Below are positions 48,199-56,022 of a DNA stretch of 64,000 nucleotides, in pieces. A program made the position numbers and the translations under genes. Every line of letters begins with the position of its first letter. Position 1 is the stretch's first letter. This DNA is from Candidatus Limnocylindria bacterium (GTDB lineage Bacteria; Chloroflexota; Limnocylindria; P2-11E), in NCBI GenBank assembly GCA_035651155.1, contig DASRGG010000005.1, forward strand, positions 74,503 to 138,502, in the 5' to 3' direction. The notes beneath the pieces are model-generated. The model saw only the letters and a program-made list of their open reading frames with translations, did no database searches and was not told the origin of the DNA.

Positions 48199-49244
48199 CA
48201 GTTCGCCGTGATCCGCCCGGACGCCGCGCTGCTCTTGGTGTTGCCGGCGTTGTCGGTCGTCGTGACGTAGAAGCAGTACTTCTTGTTCGACACCAGGCCG
48301 GTGACCGTGTAGCTCGTCGCGGCCGCGCTCACGGCGTACGACGTCGGGTAGTTCGCGGCGTTCACCGCGGGGCAGGCGCCGGGCCCGGCGGCCGAACGAT
48401 GGATGGTCTGGCTCGCGACACCCGACAGCGCGTCCGTCCCCTTCGCCCACGAGAGATCGATCTCGCCGTTGCCCTGGCCAGCCACCCCGGTGATGCCTGT
48501 CGCCGCCGTCGGGCTCGTGAGGTCGATCTTCACCGTCTGGTTCGCGCTCGCGCTGGCGTTGCCGGCGGCGTCGGTGCCGAAGTACGCGACGGTGTGGCCG
48601 GCGCTTTCGCCGCTGACGTTGAAGGTCACACCGGCCCCGCCCGTCGAGACCTGGCCACCGGCGTCCACGTTGCGCGTGACCGAGCCCATACCGGTGCCGG
48701 TGTCGACACCGCTCACCGTGACGGAGACCGTGGCGTTGAACCAGCCCGCGCAGCTGCCGCCGTTGCAGGTGATCGACATCGTGGGCGCGGTGCGGTCGGA
48801 GATCCCGTTCTGCGCCGTGCTGTTGGCGCTGGTGAACGTGCCGCCGCCGGTCACCTTCGCCTGGATGACGTACTGGTACGTGCCGTCGGCCGGCGGCGTG
48901 TCCGAGTACGCGAGCCCCGCGGTCGTCGCGATCTGCGCGTAGGGGCCACCGGCCGGACCGCGCAGCACGTTGTAGCTGAGCGTGTGACCGGTGCCGGGCG
49001 CCGTCGGCGTCGCGGTCCAGGAGAGGTTCACGACGCCACCGGCGCTCGAGGCCGGCGCGCTCTGCGAGGCCGGCGGCTGCACGAGCAGCGTGCTCACGTG
49101 GTTGCCCGGGTTCGTGCTCGTCGTGGCGAAGGTCGCGCCCGTGTCGCCCGAGACGATGCCGGCGAGCGCGAGCGTGACCATCAGCACGAATGCGAGCGCC
49201 AGAAGGCGATCGCCCTGCGACCGGAACGCGCTCCCCATGGCCAT
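48198..49244 (-). CDS. TasA/camelysin-family (SipW-cognate) secreted protein with extended Ig/FN3-like C-terminal domains
   Basis: The N-terminus MAMGSAFRSQGDRLLALAFVLMVTLALAGIVSGDTGATFATTSTNPGNHVS resembles SipW-cognate signal peptides (..AxFxDT..S..N.F). Ser/Thr/Gly-rich beta-sandwich repeats follow. Directly downstream of sipW. Confidence 0.6.
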   Translation of the reverse strand: MAMGSAFRSQGDRLLALAFVLMVTLALAGIVSGDTGATFATTSTNPGNHVSTLLVQPPASQSAPASSAGGVVNLSWTATPTAPGTGHTLSYNVLRGPAGGPYAQIATTAGLAYSDTPPADGTYQYVIQAKVTGGGTFTSANSTAQNGISDRTAPTMSITCNGGSCAGWFNATVSVTVSGVDTGTGMGSVTRNVDAGGQVSTGGAGVTFNVSGESAGHTVAYFGTDAAGNASASANQTVKIDLTSPTAATGITGVAGQGNGEIDLSWAKGTDALSGVASQTIHRSAAGPGACPAVNAANYPTSYAVSAAATSYTVTGLVSNKKYCFYVTTTDNAGNTKSSAASGRITAN

Positions 49245-49245
49245 G

Positions 49246-49863
49246 TCAGGCCACCTGCGTCCGCCGGTGCGTCGTGCGGAGCCAGCTCATGTGCGCGTTC
49301 CAGGCCTCGTCCGCGTCGGCGGCGACGAGGACCGGCGTGCGCTCGACCCGGCGGAGCGCGATCGGCTGCGGGGCCTTCGCCGCCGTCTCCTTGCGGAGGA
49401 CGAGGGCGCCGGCGCATGCGAAGAACGTGATCGCCGCGATGAGCGTGAGCGCGAGCCGCCAGTAGGCCTGGACGCCGAACGCGACGTACCCGGCCACCGG
49501 GACGCTCCCGCGGACGATGCCGACCTCGCCGGGGAACCACTTGTCCTCGGGATCCGCGACGAGGTTCGCGTCGCCCTTGGTCGTGAAGGTGAGTCCGGCC
49601 GAGCTGCGACCGATCGAGGTGACCCGGTGGGTCGTGGTCTGGCCGTACTGCTGGAAGGTGATGACGTCCCCGACCTTGATCTCCGACGGGCTCACCGGCT
49701 GGACGAGCACGAGCGATCCCTTGTGGATGCTCGGCTCCATCGAGCCGCCCGTGACGATGTAGGTGCCGAGGCCGAGGACGCGGATCCCGACGAACGCGAG
49801 GCAGAGCACGAAGAGGGCGGCGAAGGCCGCCAGCGAGAGGATGTTCCCGATCGTCTTCGTCAT
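49246..49863 (-). CDS. sipW: Signal peptidase I, SipW type (archaeal/ER-like S26)
   Basis: N-terminal TM segment, GSMEPSIHKGSLVLV (Ser of the SM box), ...VTHRV..., and a C-terminal TM segment, as in Bacillus SipW. Confidence 0.75.
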   Translation of the reverse strand: MTKTIGNILSLAAFAALFVLCLAFVGIRVLGLGTYIVTGGSMEPSIHKGSLVLVQPVSPSEIKVGDVITFQQYGQTTTHRVTSIGRSSAGLTFTTKGDANLVADPEDKWFPGEVGIVRGSVPVAGYVAFGVQAYWRLALTLIAAITFFACAGALVLRKETAAKAPQPIALRRVERTPVLVAADADEAWNAHMSWLRTTHRRTQVA

Positions 49864-49949
49864 CTTCGTGCTCCTTTCCTGCTCGTTCGGTCTTCAGACG
49901 CGGGGACCGGGGCGGTCCCTCCCAGCCGGACCGCCCCGGCCAGGGAGGG

Positions 49950-50483
49950 CTACTTGGCCGAGCCGGCCAGCTGCGTCGCCGTGTACGTGATCGTGAAGTC
50001 CTGCGTGAGGCTCTGGAACGTGTTGCCGGCCGAGCTCGGGAAGCTGAAGTCGTACGTGAGCGTGTCCGTGGCGCCCGCCGCGATCGTGCCCGAGGCCGCG
50101 AGCGTCATGTTCTTCAGCGCGCCGGTGTAGAGGACCGTCGCGCCACGCTTGACCGTGACCTGGAGGCCGTTGGTCGTGTCCGACCACAGGAGCGTGTTCG
50201 CCGTCGCGCTGACCGCGGCGGTGTAAGTGAACGGCGCGTTGCCGCTGTTCGTGACGACGACCGTGCGGCTCGCGGTGTCGCCGGGAACGAGGTTGGTGAT
50301 GTTGATGAGGTCATTGGCGTTCGGCTTGTCGTTGCTCATCGAGAGGGTCGCCGATCCGAACGTGTTGCTCGGGTTCGTGCTCGTCGCGGTGAAGTTCGCG
50401 GAGGTCTTGTCGGCGGTGGCGGTGAGGCCGAGCAGGACCAGTCCCGCGAGCGCCATGCCAGCCAGAAGGTTGAGCTTGCGCAT
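49950..50483 (-). CDS. TasA/camelysin-family secreted protein (SipW-cognate class signal peptide)
   Basis: MRKLNLLAGMALAGLVLLGLTATADKTSANFTATSTNPSNTFGSATLSM... is the canonical SipW-cognate N-region (FTDT..S..NTF.AGTL). 177 aa, Thr/Asn/Ala-rich. Confidence 0.7.
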   Translation of the reverse strand: MRKLNLLAGMALAGLVLLGLTATADKTSANFTATSTNPSNTFGSATLSMSNDKPNANDLINITNLVPGDTASRTVVVTNSGNAPFTYTAAVSATANTLLWSDTTNGLQVTVKRGATVLYTGALKNMTLAASGTIAAGATDTLTYDFSFPSSAGNTFQSLTQDFTITYTATQLAGSAK

Positions 50484-50714
50484 CCAGGTTGTCCCCTTCT
50501 CTTTCCGCTCCGCCGGTTCGCTCTCGTGTTCCTGGTCGGGCGGTTCTTGTCTTCGGGGGTCAGGTTCGGCCCTGCCGGAGCGCGCTCCATCGGCGTTCAG
50601 GGGGAGGAAGGGTCCTTCGTTGGTCGTAGTCCCAGGAAGGAGAACCGCCAGGGATCACCCGTTGGTATCACGCGCGTCCTCCCGGAGGAGTAGGCCGCGC
50701 GCCGGGAAGGCGCC

Positions 50715-51044
50715 TCAGCCCTGCTGGCGGCTCTTCGCGAGGCGCTCGCCGAAGGCGGACCCGCCACCGGCCCAGAGGTTCAGCATCTCGATGCGCCGCT
50801 TGCTCCAGCCGCGCGCGCGCCACCAGAACGCGGTGGCGGCGGTGAGGGCGACGAAGCAGGCGCCGGGGAAGACGACCTCCTGGAGGGCCACGAACAGGTC
50901 GAACCGGTGCGCCACGATCCCGAGCGCGAGCAGGACGAGCGCCTCGACCTCCGCGACGATCAGGAGGAAGACGAGGGCGAAGGAGGCCGCGCCGAAGATC
51001 TTCTTGGCGCGGTAGGGGAACGCGACGTCGAGAAGGCCACCCAC
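50715..51044 (-). CDS. Small hypothetical membrane protein (2-3 TM segments)
   Basis: Hydrophobic segments FALVFLLIVAEVEALVLLALGIV and FVALTAATAFWW. Sits between purA and the tasA-like gene. Weak evidence. Confidence 0.35.
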   Translation of the reverse strand: MGGLLDVAFPYRAKKIFGAASFALVFLLIVAEVEALVLLALGIVAHRFDLFVALQEVVFPGACFVALTAATAFWWRARGWSKRRIEMLNLWAGGGSAFGERLAKSRQQG

Positions 51045-51107
51045 GTCCGGCGGACTATCGGCCCTGGCGGGAGCCCGAGCAAGCCCCCCAACGTGTGGAG
51101 AACCGCG

Positions 51108-52370
51108 TCATAGCAGCGTGGCGCTGCGTTCCGGGCCGATGCCGACCATGCCGATGGGCGCGCCGACGGTGTGCTCGATCTTCTCGAGGTACGCCCGTGC
51201 CGCGGCCGGAAGGTGCGCACGGTCGGAGACGCCGTCGAGAGACGAGCTCCAGCCGGAGCAACGCTCGTACACGGGTGTGACGCGCTCGAGGAGCGCGGTC
51301 GGCGGCATGTCCGTGGTCCGCTTCCCGTCGAGGTCGTAGCCGACGCAGAACGGGATCTCCTCGTAGGCGCCGAGCACGTCGAGCTTCGTCACCGCGATCT
51401 CGGTGAAGGCGTTGAGGCGGTGCGCGTGCCGCGCGGCGACCGCGTCGAACCATCCGACGCGTCGCGGCCGTCCGGTCGTCGCTCCGTACTCGTTCGCCAT
51501 CTCGCGGAGCGCGTCGCCCTCCGTGCCCTTCATCTCGGTCGGGAAGGGACCCTCGCCCACCGCGGTCGAGTACGCCTTCACGACGCCGATGACCCGCGTG
51601 ATATATCGGGGCGGGATGCCGGCGCCGACCGCCGCCCCGCCGGCGAGCGGATTCGACGACGTGACGTACGGGTAGATGCCCCAGTCGAGATCGCGCATCG
51701 CGCCGAGCTGTCCCTCGAGCAGCACCCGCGCGTCGGTGCGCACCGCGTGCTCGACGAGCGGCAGCGTGTCGGCGATGCGCTCGCCCAGCGTCGCGGCCGC
51801 GCCCAGGACCTGATCGGCGACCTCGCGCGCGTCGAGCGGCGCGTCGCCCAGGCGCTCGATGATCTTGTTCTTCACCTCGAGCTCGTGCGCGACGCGCGCG
51901 CGGAAGCGCTTCTCGTCCCGGACCTCGTAGACCTGGATGCCGTGGCGCGCGACCTTGTCGGCGTACGCGGGCCCGACGCCCATGCCGGTGGTCCCGAGCT
52001 TCTGGCGCCCGCGCTCGCGCTCGTCGAGACGGTCGAGGAGCGTGTGCCACGGCATGAGCAGGTGCGCGCGATCCGAGACGCGCAGGTTCGCGGTCGCGAT
52101 GCCGTGGCGTTCGAGGTTCGCGAGCTCCTCGCAGAGCACCCGGAGGTCGACGACCGTCCCCGGCCCGATGACGCAGAGCGCCTTCGGATTGAAGACGCCC
52201 GACGGGACGAGATGCAGCTTGAACGTCCCGTACTGGTTCACGACGGTGTGCCCGGCGTTGTTGCCACCCTGGTATCGGATGACGACATCCGCCTCCTGCG
52301 CGAGGAGGTCGGTGATCTTGCCTTTGCCCTCGTCGCCCCACTGGGCTCCGACGACGGCGGTCACGGGCAC
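51108..52370 (-). CDS. purA: Adenylosuccinate synthetase PurA
   Basis: VVGAQWGDEGKGKITD (P-loop), GGNNAGHTVV, GTTGMGVGPAY. Confidence 0.9.
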   Translation of the reverse strand: MPVTAVVGAQWGDEGKGKITDLLAQEADVVIRYQGGNNAGHTVVNQYGTFKLHLVPSGVFNPKALCVIGPGTVVDLRVLCEELANLERHGIATANLRVSDRAHLLMPWHTLLDRLDERERGRQKLGTTGMGVGPAYADKVARHGIQVYEVRDEKRFRARVAHELEVKNKIIERLGDAPLDAREVADQVLGAAATLGERIADTLPLVEHAVRTDARVLLEGQLGAMRDLDWGIYPYVTSSNPLAGGAAVGAGIPPRYITRVIGVVKAYSTAVGEGPFPTEMKGTEGDALREMANEYGATTGRPRRVGWFDAVAARHAHRLNAFTEIAVTKLDVLGAYEEIPFCVGYDLDGKRTTDMPPTALLERVTPVYERCSGWSSSLDGVSDRAHLPAAARAYLEKIEHTVGAPIGMVGIGPERSATLL

Positions 52371-52388
52371 GTGTTCAGATGGTAAGGC

Positions 52389-52979
52389 TTACTCGTTCCC
52401 GAAGAGGATGGCGGCGCCGAGCTTCGCGATCTCCACGAGGGTGAGCGACCGCGACGGCTCGCGCGTCCACCACCGATCGGGATCCCAGTCGGGGTCATCC
52501 GCCGGCCGGTTGCGGAACGAGAGGCCCGCGGGCGCGAAGGCTCGCGAGAAGAGGAGCGCCGCGCGGCGCTGGTGGTATGGGCTCGTCACGAGGATGGCCG
52601 TGCGCAGGCCCCGCGCGCTCATGACCTGCGCGACAAGACGCGCGTTCTCCTCGGTCGTCGTCGCGTCGGGCTCGATGAGGATCGCCCGCTCGGGCACGCC
52701 GAGCTTCATGGCGTCGCGCTTCATGAGCTCGGCCGAGCTCACCGAGTTCGGGTCGAGCGAAGCGCCCGAGAAGAGGAGCAGCGGCGCGTAGCCCTGCTGC
52801 CAGAGGCGGACGGCGGTCTCGGTGCGCGGCCCGGTGTCGCCGGAGACCGCGACGATGACGTCCACCTTCGCGAGCGGATCCCTGACCGCGAGGGCGTGCC
52901 CCAGCACGACGAGCGTGCCGACGCCGATCGACAGCATGAGGACGGCGCCCACGAGGACGCCGAACAAGAACGTGCGCAT
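52389..52979 (-). CDS. YdcF/ElyC-family (DUF218) envelope protein
   Basis: N-terminal TM segment, then VDVIVAVSGDTGPRTETAVRLWQQGYAPLLLFSG...TTENA...ILVTSPYHQRRA, the DUF218 signature. Confidence 0.65.
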   Translation of the reverse strand: MRTFLFGVLVGAVLMLSIGVGTLVVLGHALAVRDPLAKVDVIVAVSGDTGPRTETAVRLWQQGYAPLLLFSGASLDPNSVSSAELMKRDAMKLGVPERAILIEPDATTTEENARLVAQVMSARGLRTAILVTSPYHQRRAALLFSRAFAPAGLSFRNRPADDPDWDPDRWWTREPSRSLTLVEIAKLGAAILFGNE

Positions 52980-53018
52980 CCTCGCTCGGAGAGTACCGGC
53001 GGACCGGCCCCGGCGGTG

Positions 53019-53915
53019 CTACGCGAGCTTCGCGGTGAGCCGAAGACCGTCGCGAAGGCTCGTCTTCGCGCGCCAGAGTCCGGTGTGGAGGGCCTTGTGC
53101 GCGTCGAGGCAGGAGCGCTGGATCTCGACCGCGCGTGCCGGCGCGTGGCGGACGCCGGCCGGCGGGCCGAGGACCTCGGTCATGGCCGCGATGAGGTCGT
53201 TCACGCTCGTCGCGACGCCGGTGCCGATGTTGAAGACGCCGTGCCACGACCCCGCGAAGGAGGCCGTGACCGCGTCGATCACGTCTCCGACGTAGACGTA
53301 ATCGCGCTGGGCGGTGCCGTCGCCGAACACCGTGAGCGGCTCCTTGCGGCGCCACAGGCCGAGGAAGATCGCGATGACGCCGCCCTCGAGGTCCTGCCGT
53401 TGCCGCGGGCCGAACACGTTCGCGAGCCGCAGCGTGATCGACGGCACCTGCGCCTCCTCGACGATGCGCTCGCCCGCGAGCTTGAACCGGCCGTAGTTCG
53501 AATCGGGCCGCGCGGGAGTGCGCTCGCTCGCGCAGACCGGCGTCTCGCCGTACATCGCGCCGCCGGTGGAGATGTTCACCAGCATCTGGACGTGCCGGTC
53601 CTCGGCGAGCCGGGCCACGTTCGCCGTGCCGTCGACGATGACCCGGCGGTAGAGATCGGCCTGCTCCATCGATTCGACGACCTTCGTCTTCGCGGCGCAG
53701 TGCACGATCGCGTCGAAGCCCTCGCCGTGGACGGCACGGGCGAGCGACGTCGCGTCGCTGATGTCCGCGAGGCGGAACGGGATGTCCGGCGCGAGGTTCG
53801 CGCGGTCGCCCGTCGACAGGTCGTCGACGGCGACGACGAGGTCGCCGCGCGCGACGAGCGCGTCCACGATGTTGCTGCCGACGAATCCGGCGCCGCCGGT
53901 GACGAGCACACGCAA
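53019..53915 (-). CDS. NAD-dependent nucleoside-diphosphate-sugar epimerase (UDP-glucose 4-epimerase-like)
   Basis: MRVLVTGGAGFVGSNIVDAL (Rossmann). YxxxK is in NYGRFK. About 298 aa. Confidence 0.75.
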   Translation of the reverse strand: MRVLVTGGAGFVGSNIVDALVARGDLVVAVDDLSTGDRANLAPDIPFRLADISDATSLARAVHGEGFDAIVHCAAKTKVVESMEQADLYRRVIVDGTANVARLAEDRHVQMLVNISTGGAMYGETPVCASERTPARPDSNYGRFKLAGERIVEEAQVPSITLRLANVFGPRQRQDLEGGVIAIFLGLWRRKEPLTVFGDGTAQRDYVYVGDVIDAVTASFAGSWHGVFNIGTGVATSVNDLIAAMTEVLGPPAGVRHAPARAVEIQRSCLDAHKALHTGLWRAKTSLRDGLRLTAKLA

Positions 53916-54066
53916 GGCTTGGTCGCTCCCTTATCGATGTGGATGACTTTGTGGACGAGATGGTGCACGAGAGCCGTTCCGCCGGAGCGCTTCCGACAGT
54001 AGCGTTCGACACGTCGCGGGGCTTCCTCCGCGCGACGCGCGATGGCGGAGGCTCCGAGATGCCACG

Positions 54067-54082
54067 TAGAACACCCGTTCTA
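54067..54082. promoter_or_regulatory. LexA-box-like palindrome TAGAAC-N4-GTTCTA about 12 nt upstream of dnaB paralog 1
   Basis: gTAGAACacccGTTCTAga. Shares the GAAC-N4-GTTC core with the operator in front of lexA at about 62071 (aGAACatccGTTCgg). Confidence 0.4.
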
Positions 54083-54093
54083 GACTTGTCGGC

Positions 54094-56022
54094 GTGACCC
54101 TCGAGACACGCGTCGATCGCCAGGTCCCGTTCGACGAGGCCGCCGAGCAGCACGTCCTCGGCAGCCTGCTCATCGATCGCGACGCGATCTTCAAGATCGC
54201 CGACCTCCTCGCGACGAGCGACTTCTACATCGCGCGGCACCAGCGCATCTACGCGGCGATCTACGAGCTCCTGCAGCGCCGCGAGCGCATCGACCCGCTC
54301 ACGGTGCAGGTCGAGCTCGCGCGCCGCGAGGAGCTCGACCGCGTCGGCGGCGCGGCGTATCTGCGCACGCTCGTCGAGATCGTCGCGACGGCCGTCGAGA
54401 TCGAGCGGTACGCGCGCGTCGTGCTCGACAAGGCCATCCTGCGGCGTCTGCTGAACGCGGCGGCGCTCATCGCGGCCGACGCGTACGCCGAGCCGACGGA
54501 TATCCCGCTCACGCTGGACAAGGCCGAGCAGCGGATCTTCGCGCTGCGCGACGACACCACCAACGCGCAGCTGCGGCACATCCAGACGGCCCTTCAGGAC
54601 AACTTCCAGCACCTGACCGAGCGCATGGACCGCCCGTACGAGGTGTCCGGCATCCCGAGCGGCTTCAAGGAGATCGACTTCTTCACCGAGGGCTTCACGC
54701 AGGGCGACCTCGTCGTCCTCGCCGCGCGGCCGTCGGTCGGCAAGACGAGCCTCGCGCTGGCGATGGCCTTCAACATGGCCAAGCGCGGGCATCCGACGCT
54801 CGTCTTCTCGCTCGAGATGGACGCCAAGCAGATCGTGTCGCGCTTCCTCGCGATGAACAGCCGCACCGATCTCCTCGCGCTGCGCACCGGCAACGTCTTC
54901 GATACGGACGCGGCGAGCGCGCTCGCGGGCGTGCCGATCCTCATCGACGACACGCCGGGCCTCTCGATCATGGAGCTGCGCACGAAGGCGCGCCGCGCGA
55001 GCACCAACGATCGCCTCGAGGCGATCATCGTCGACTACATCCAGCTCATGCGCACCGGCGGCGACGAGGAGAACCGCGTCCAGGAGATCGCGACGATCAC
55101 GCGCAACCTGAAGTCGCTCGCGCGCGAGCTGAACGTCGTGATCATCGGCCTCTCGCAGCTCTCGCGCGCCGCGGGCGACGCGGGGCTCGAGCCGAAGCTC
55201 TCGACCCTTCGAGAATGCGTCACCGGTGACACGCTGGTGTGCCTCGCGGATGGCGGCCGCATCCCGATCCGAGAGCTGGTCGGCACGGCACCGGAAGTCT
55301 TCTCGGTAGCGAACGGCAGGATCGTGAAGGCACGAGCGGATCTCGTGTGGCGCGTCGGCGTCCGCCCCGTCTACCGCGTGAAGCTCGCGAGCGGCCGCGA
55401 GATACGCGCGACGGCAGACCATCGTCTTCACGCGTTCGGCGCATGGAAGCGGGTTCGCGACCTTCACGCCGGCGAGCGACTCGCGCTCGTACGCCAGCTT
55501 CCCGAACCCGAAGCGCGCACGTCTTCACGGTCGGAACCGCGCCGCGAGACGATGCGTCGGCGCGGCGTCACGACGCGCGCCATGGCCACGCCGCGGGGCA
55601 CACGGTACGGCGGAAGCTCACATTTCGCGTTCGCGCCCTCACGCGCGACGGTCGCCGACTACGCCCGGCCGCTTGACGACTCCGAGCTACAAGACGTCGC
55701 GACGAGCGATCTGTACTGGGATCGGGTCGCCGCCATCGAGCCGGCCGGCGAAGAAGCGGTGTTCGATCTGACCGTGCCGGGACCGGCGTCCTGGCTCGCC
55801 GACGGCATCGTCTCGCACAATTCGGGCGCCATCGAGCAGGACGCGGACATCGTGCTCATGCTTTGGAAGGACAAGGAGGAGACGCCCGCGGGCGCGCCGC
55901 GTCTCATCCACGGCAGCGTCGCGAAGAACCGCAACGGCCCCACGGGCATCTTCCAGCTCCTCTTCGCCGGCGAGCAGGCACGCTTCTTCAGCAAGGCCGC
56001 CGACGACCAGATGCCGGTATGA
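54094..56022 (+). CDS. dnaB: Replicative DNA helicase DnaB paralog 1, interrupted by a 202-aa mini-intein
   Basis: GTG start. N-terminal DnaB domain, Walker A ARPSVGKTSL, helicase motifs, and the C-extein SGAIEQDADIV...KNRNGPTG. The intein runs from Cys375 (LRE/CVTGDTLVCL) to VSHN/S. The stop overlaps the start of paralog 2 (ATGA). Confidence 0.85.
   Translation: MTLETRVDRQVPFDEAAEQHVLGSLLIDRDAIFKIADLLATSDFYIARHQRIYAAIYELLQRRERIDPLTVQVELARREELDRVGGAAYLRTLVEIVATAVEIERYARVVLDKAILRRLLNAAALIAADAYAEPTDIPLTLDKAEQRIFALRDDTTNAQLRHIQTALQDNFQHLTERMDRPYEVSGIPSGFKEIDFFTEGFTQGDLVVLAARPSVGKTSLALAMAFNMAKRGHPTLVFSLEMDAKQIVSRFLAMNSRTDLLALRTGNVFDTDAASALAGVPILIDDTPGLSIMELRTKARRASTNDRLEAIIVDYIQLMRTGGDEENRVQEIATITRNLKSLARELNVVIIGLSQLSRAAGDAGLEPKLSTLRECVTGDTLVCLADGGRIPIRELVGTAPEVFSVANGRIVKARADLVWRVGVRPVYRVKLASGREIRATADHRLHAFGAWKRVRDLHAGERLALVRQLPEPEARTSSRSEPRRETMRRRGVTTRAMATPRGTRYGGSSHFAFAPSRATVADYARPLDDSELQDVATSDLYWDRVAAIEPAGEEAVFDLTVPGPASWLADGIVSHNSGAIEQDADIVLMLWKDKEETPAGAPRLIHGSVAKNRNGPTGIFQLLFAGEQARFFSKAADDQMPV
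55216..55821 (+). mobile_element. Mini-intein in DnaB paralog 1 (no endonuclease domain; low-complexity internal linker)
   Basis: Block A CVTGDTLV and block G IVSHN followed by Ser. No LAGLIDADG/HNH motifs. The internal segment ...EPEARTSSRSEPRRETMRRRGVTTRAMATPRGTRYGGSS... is low complexity. Confidence 0.7.
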
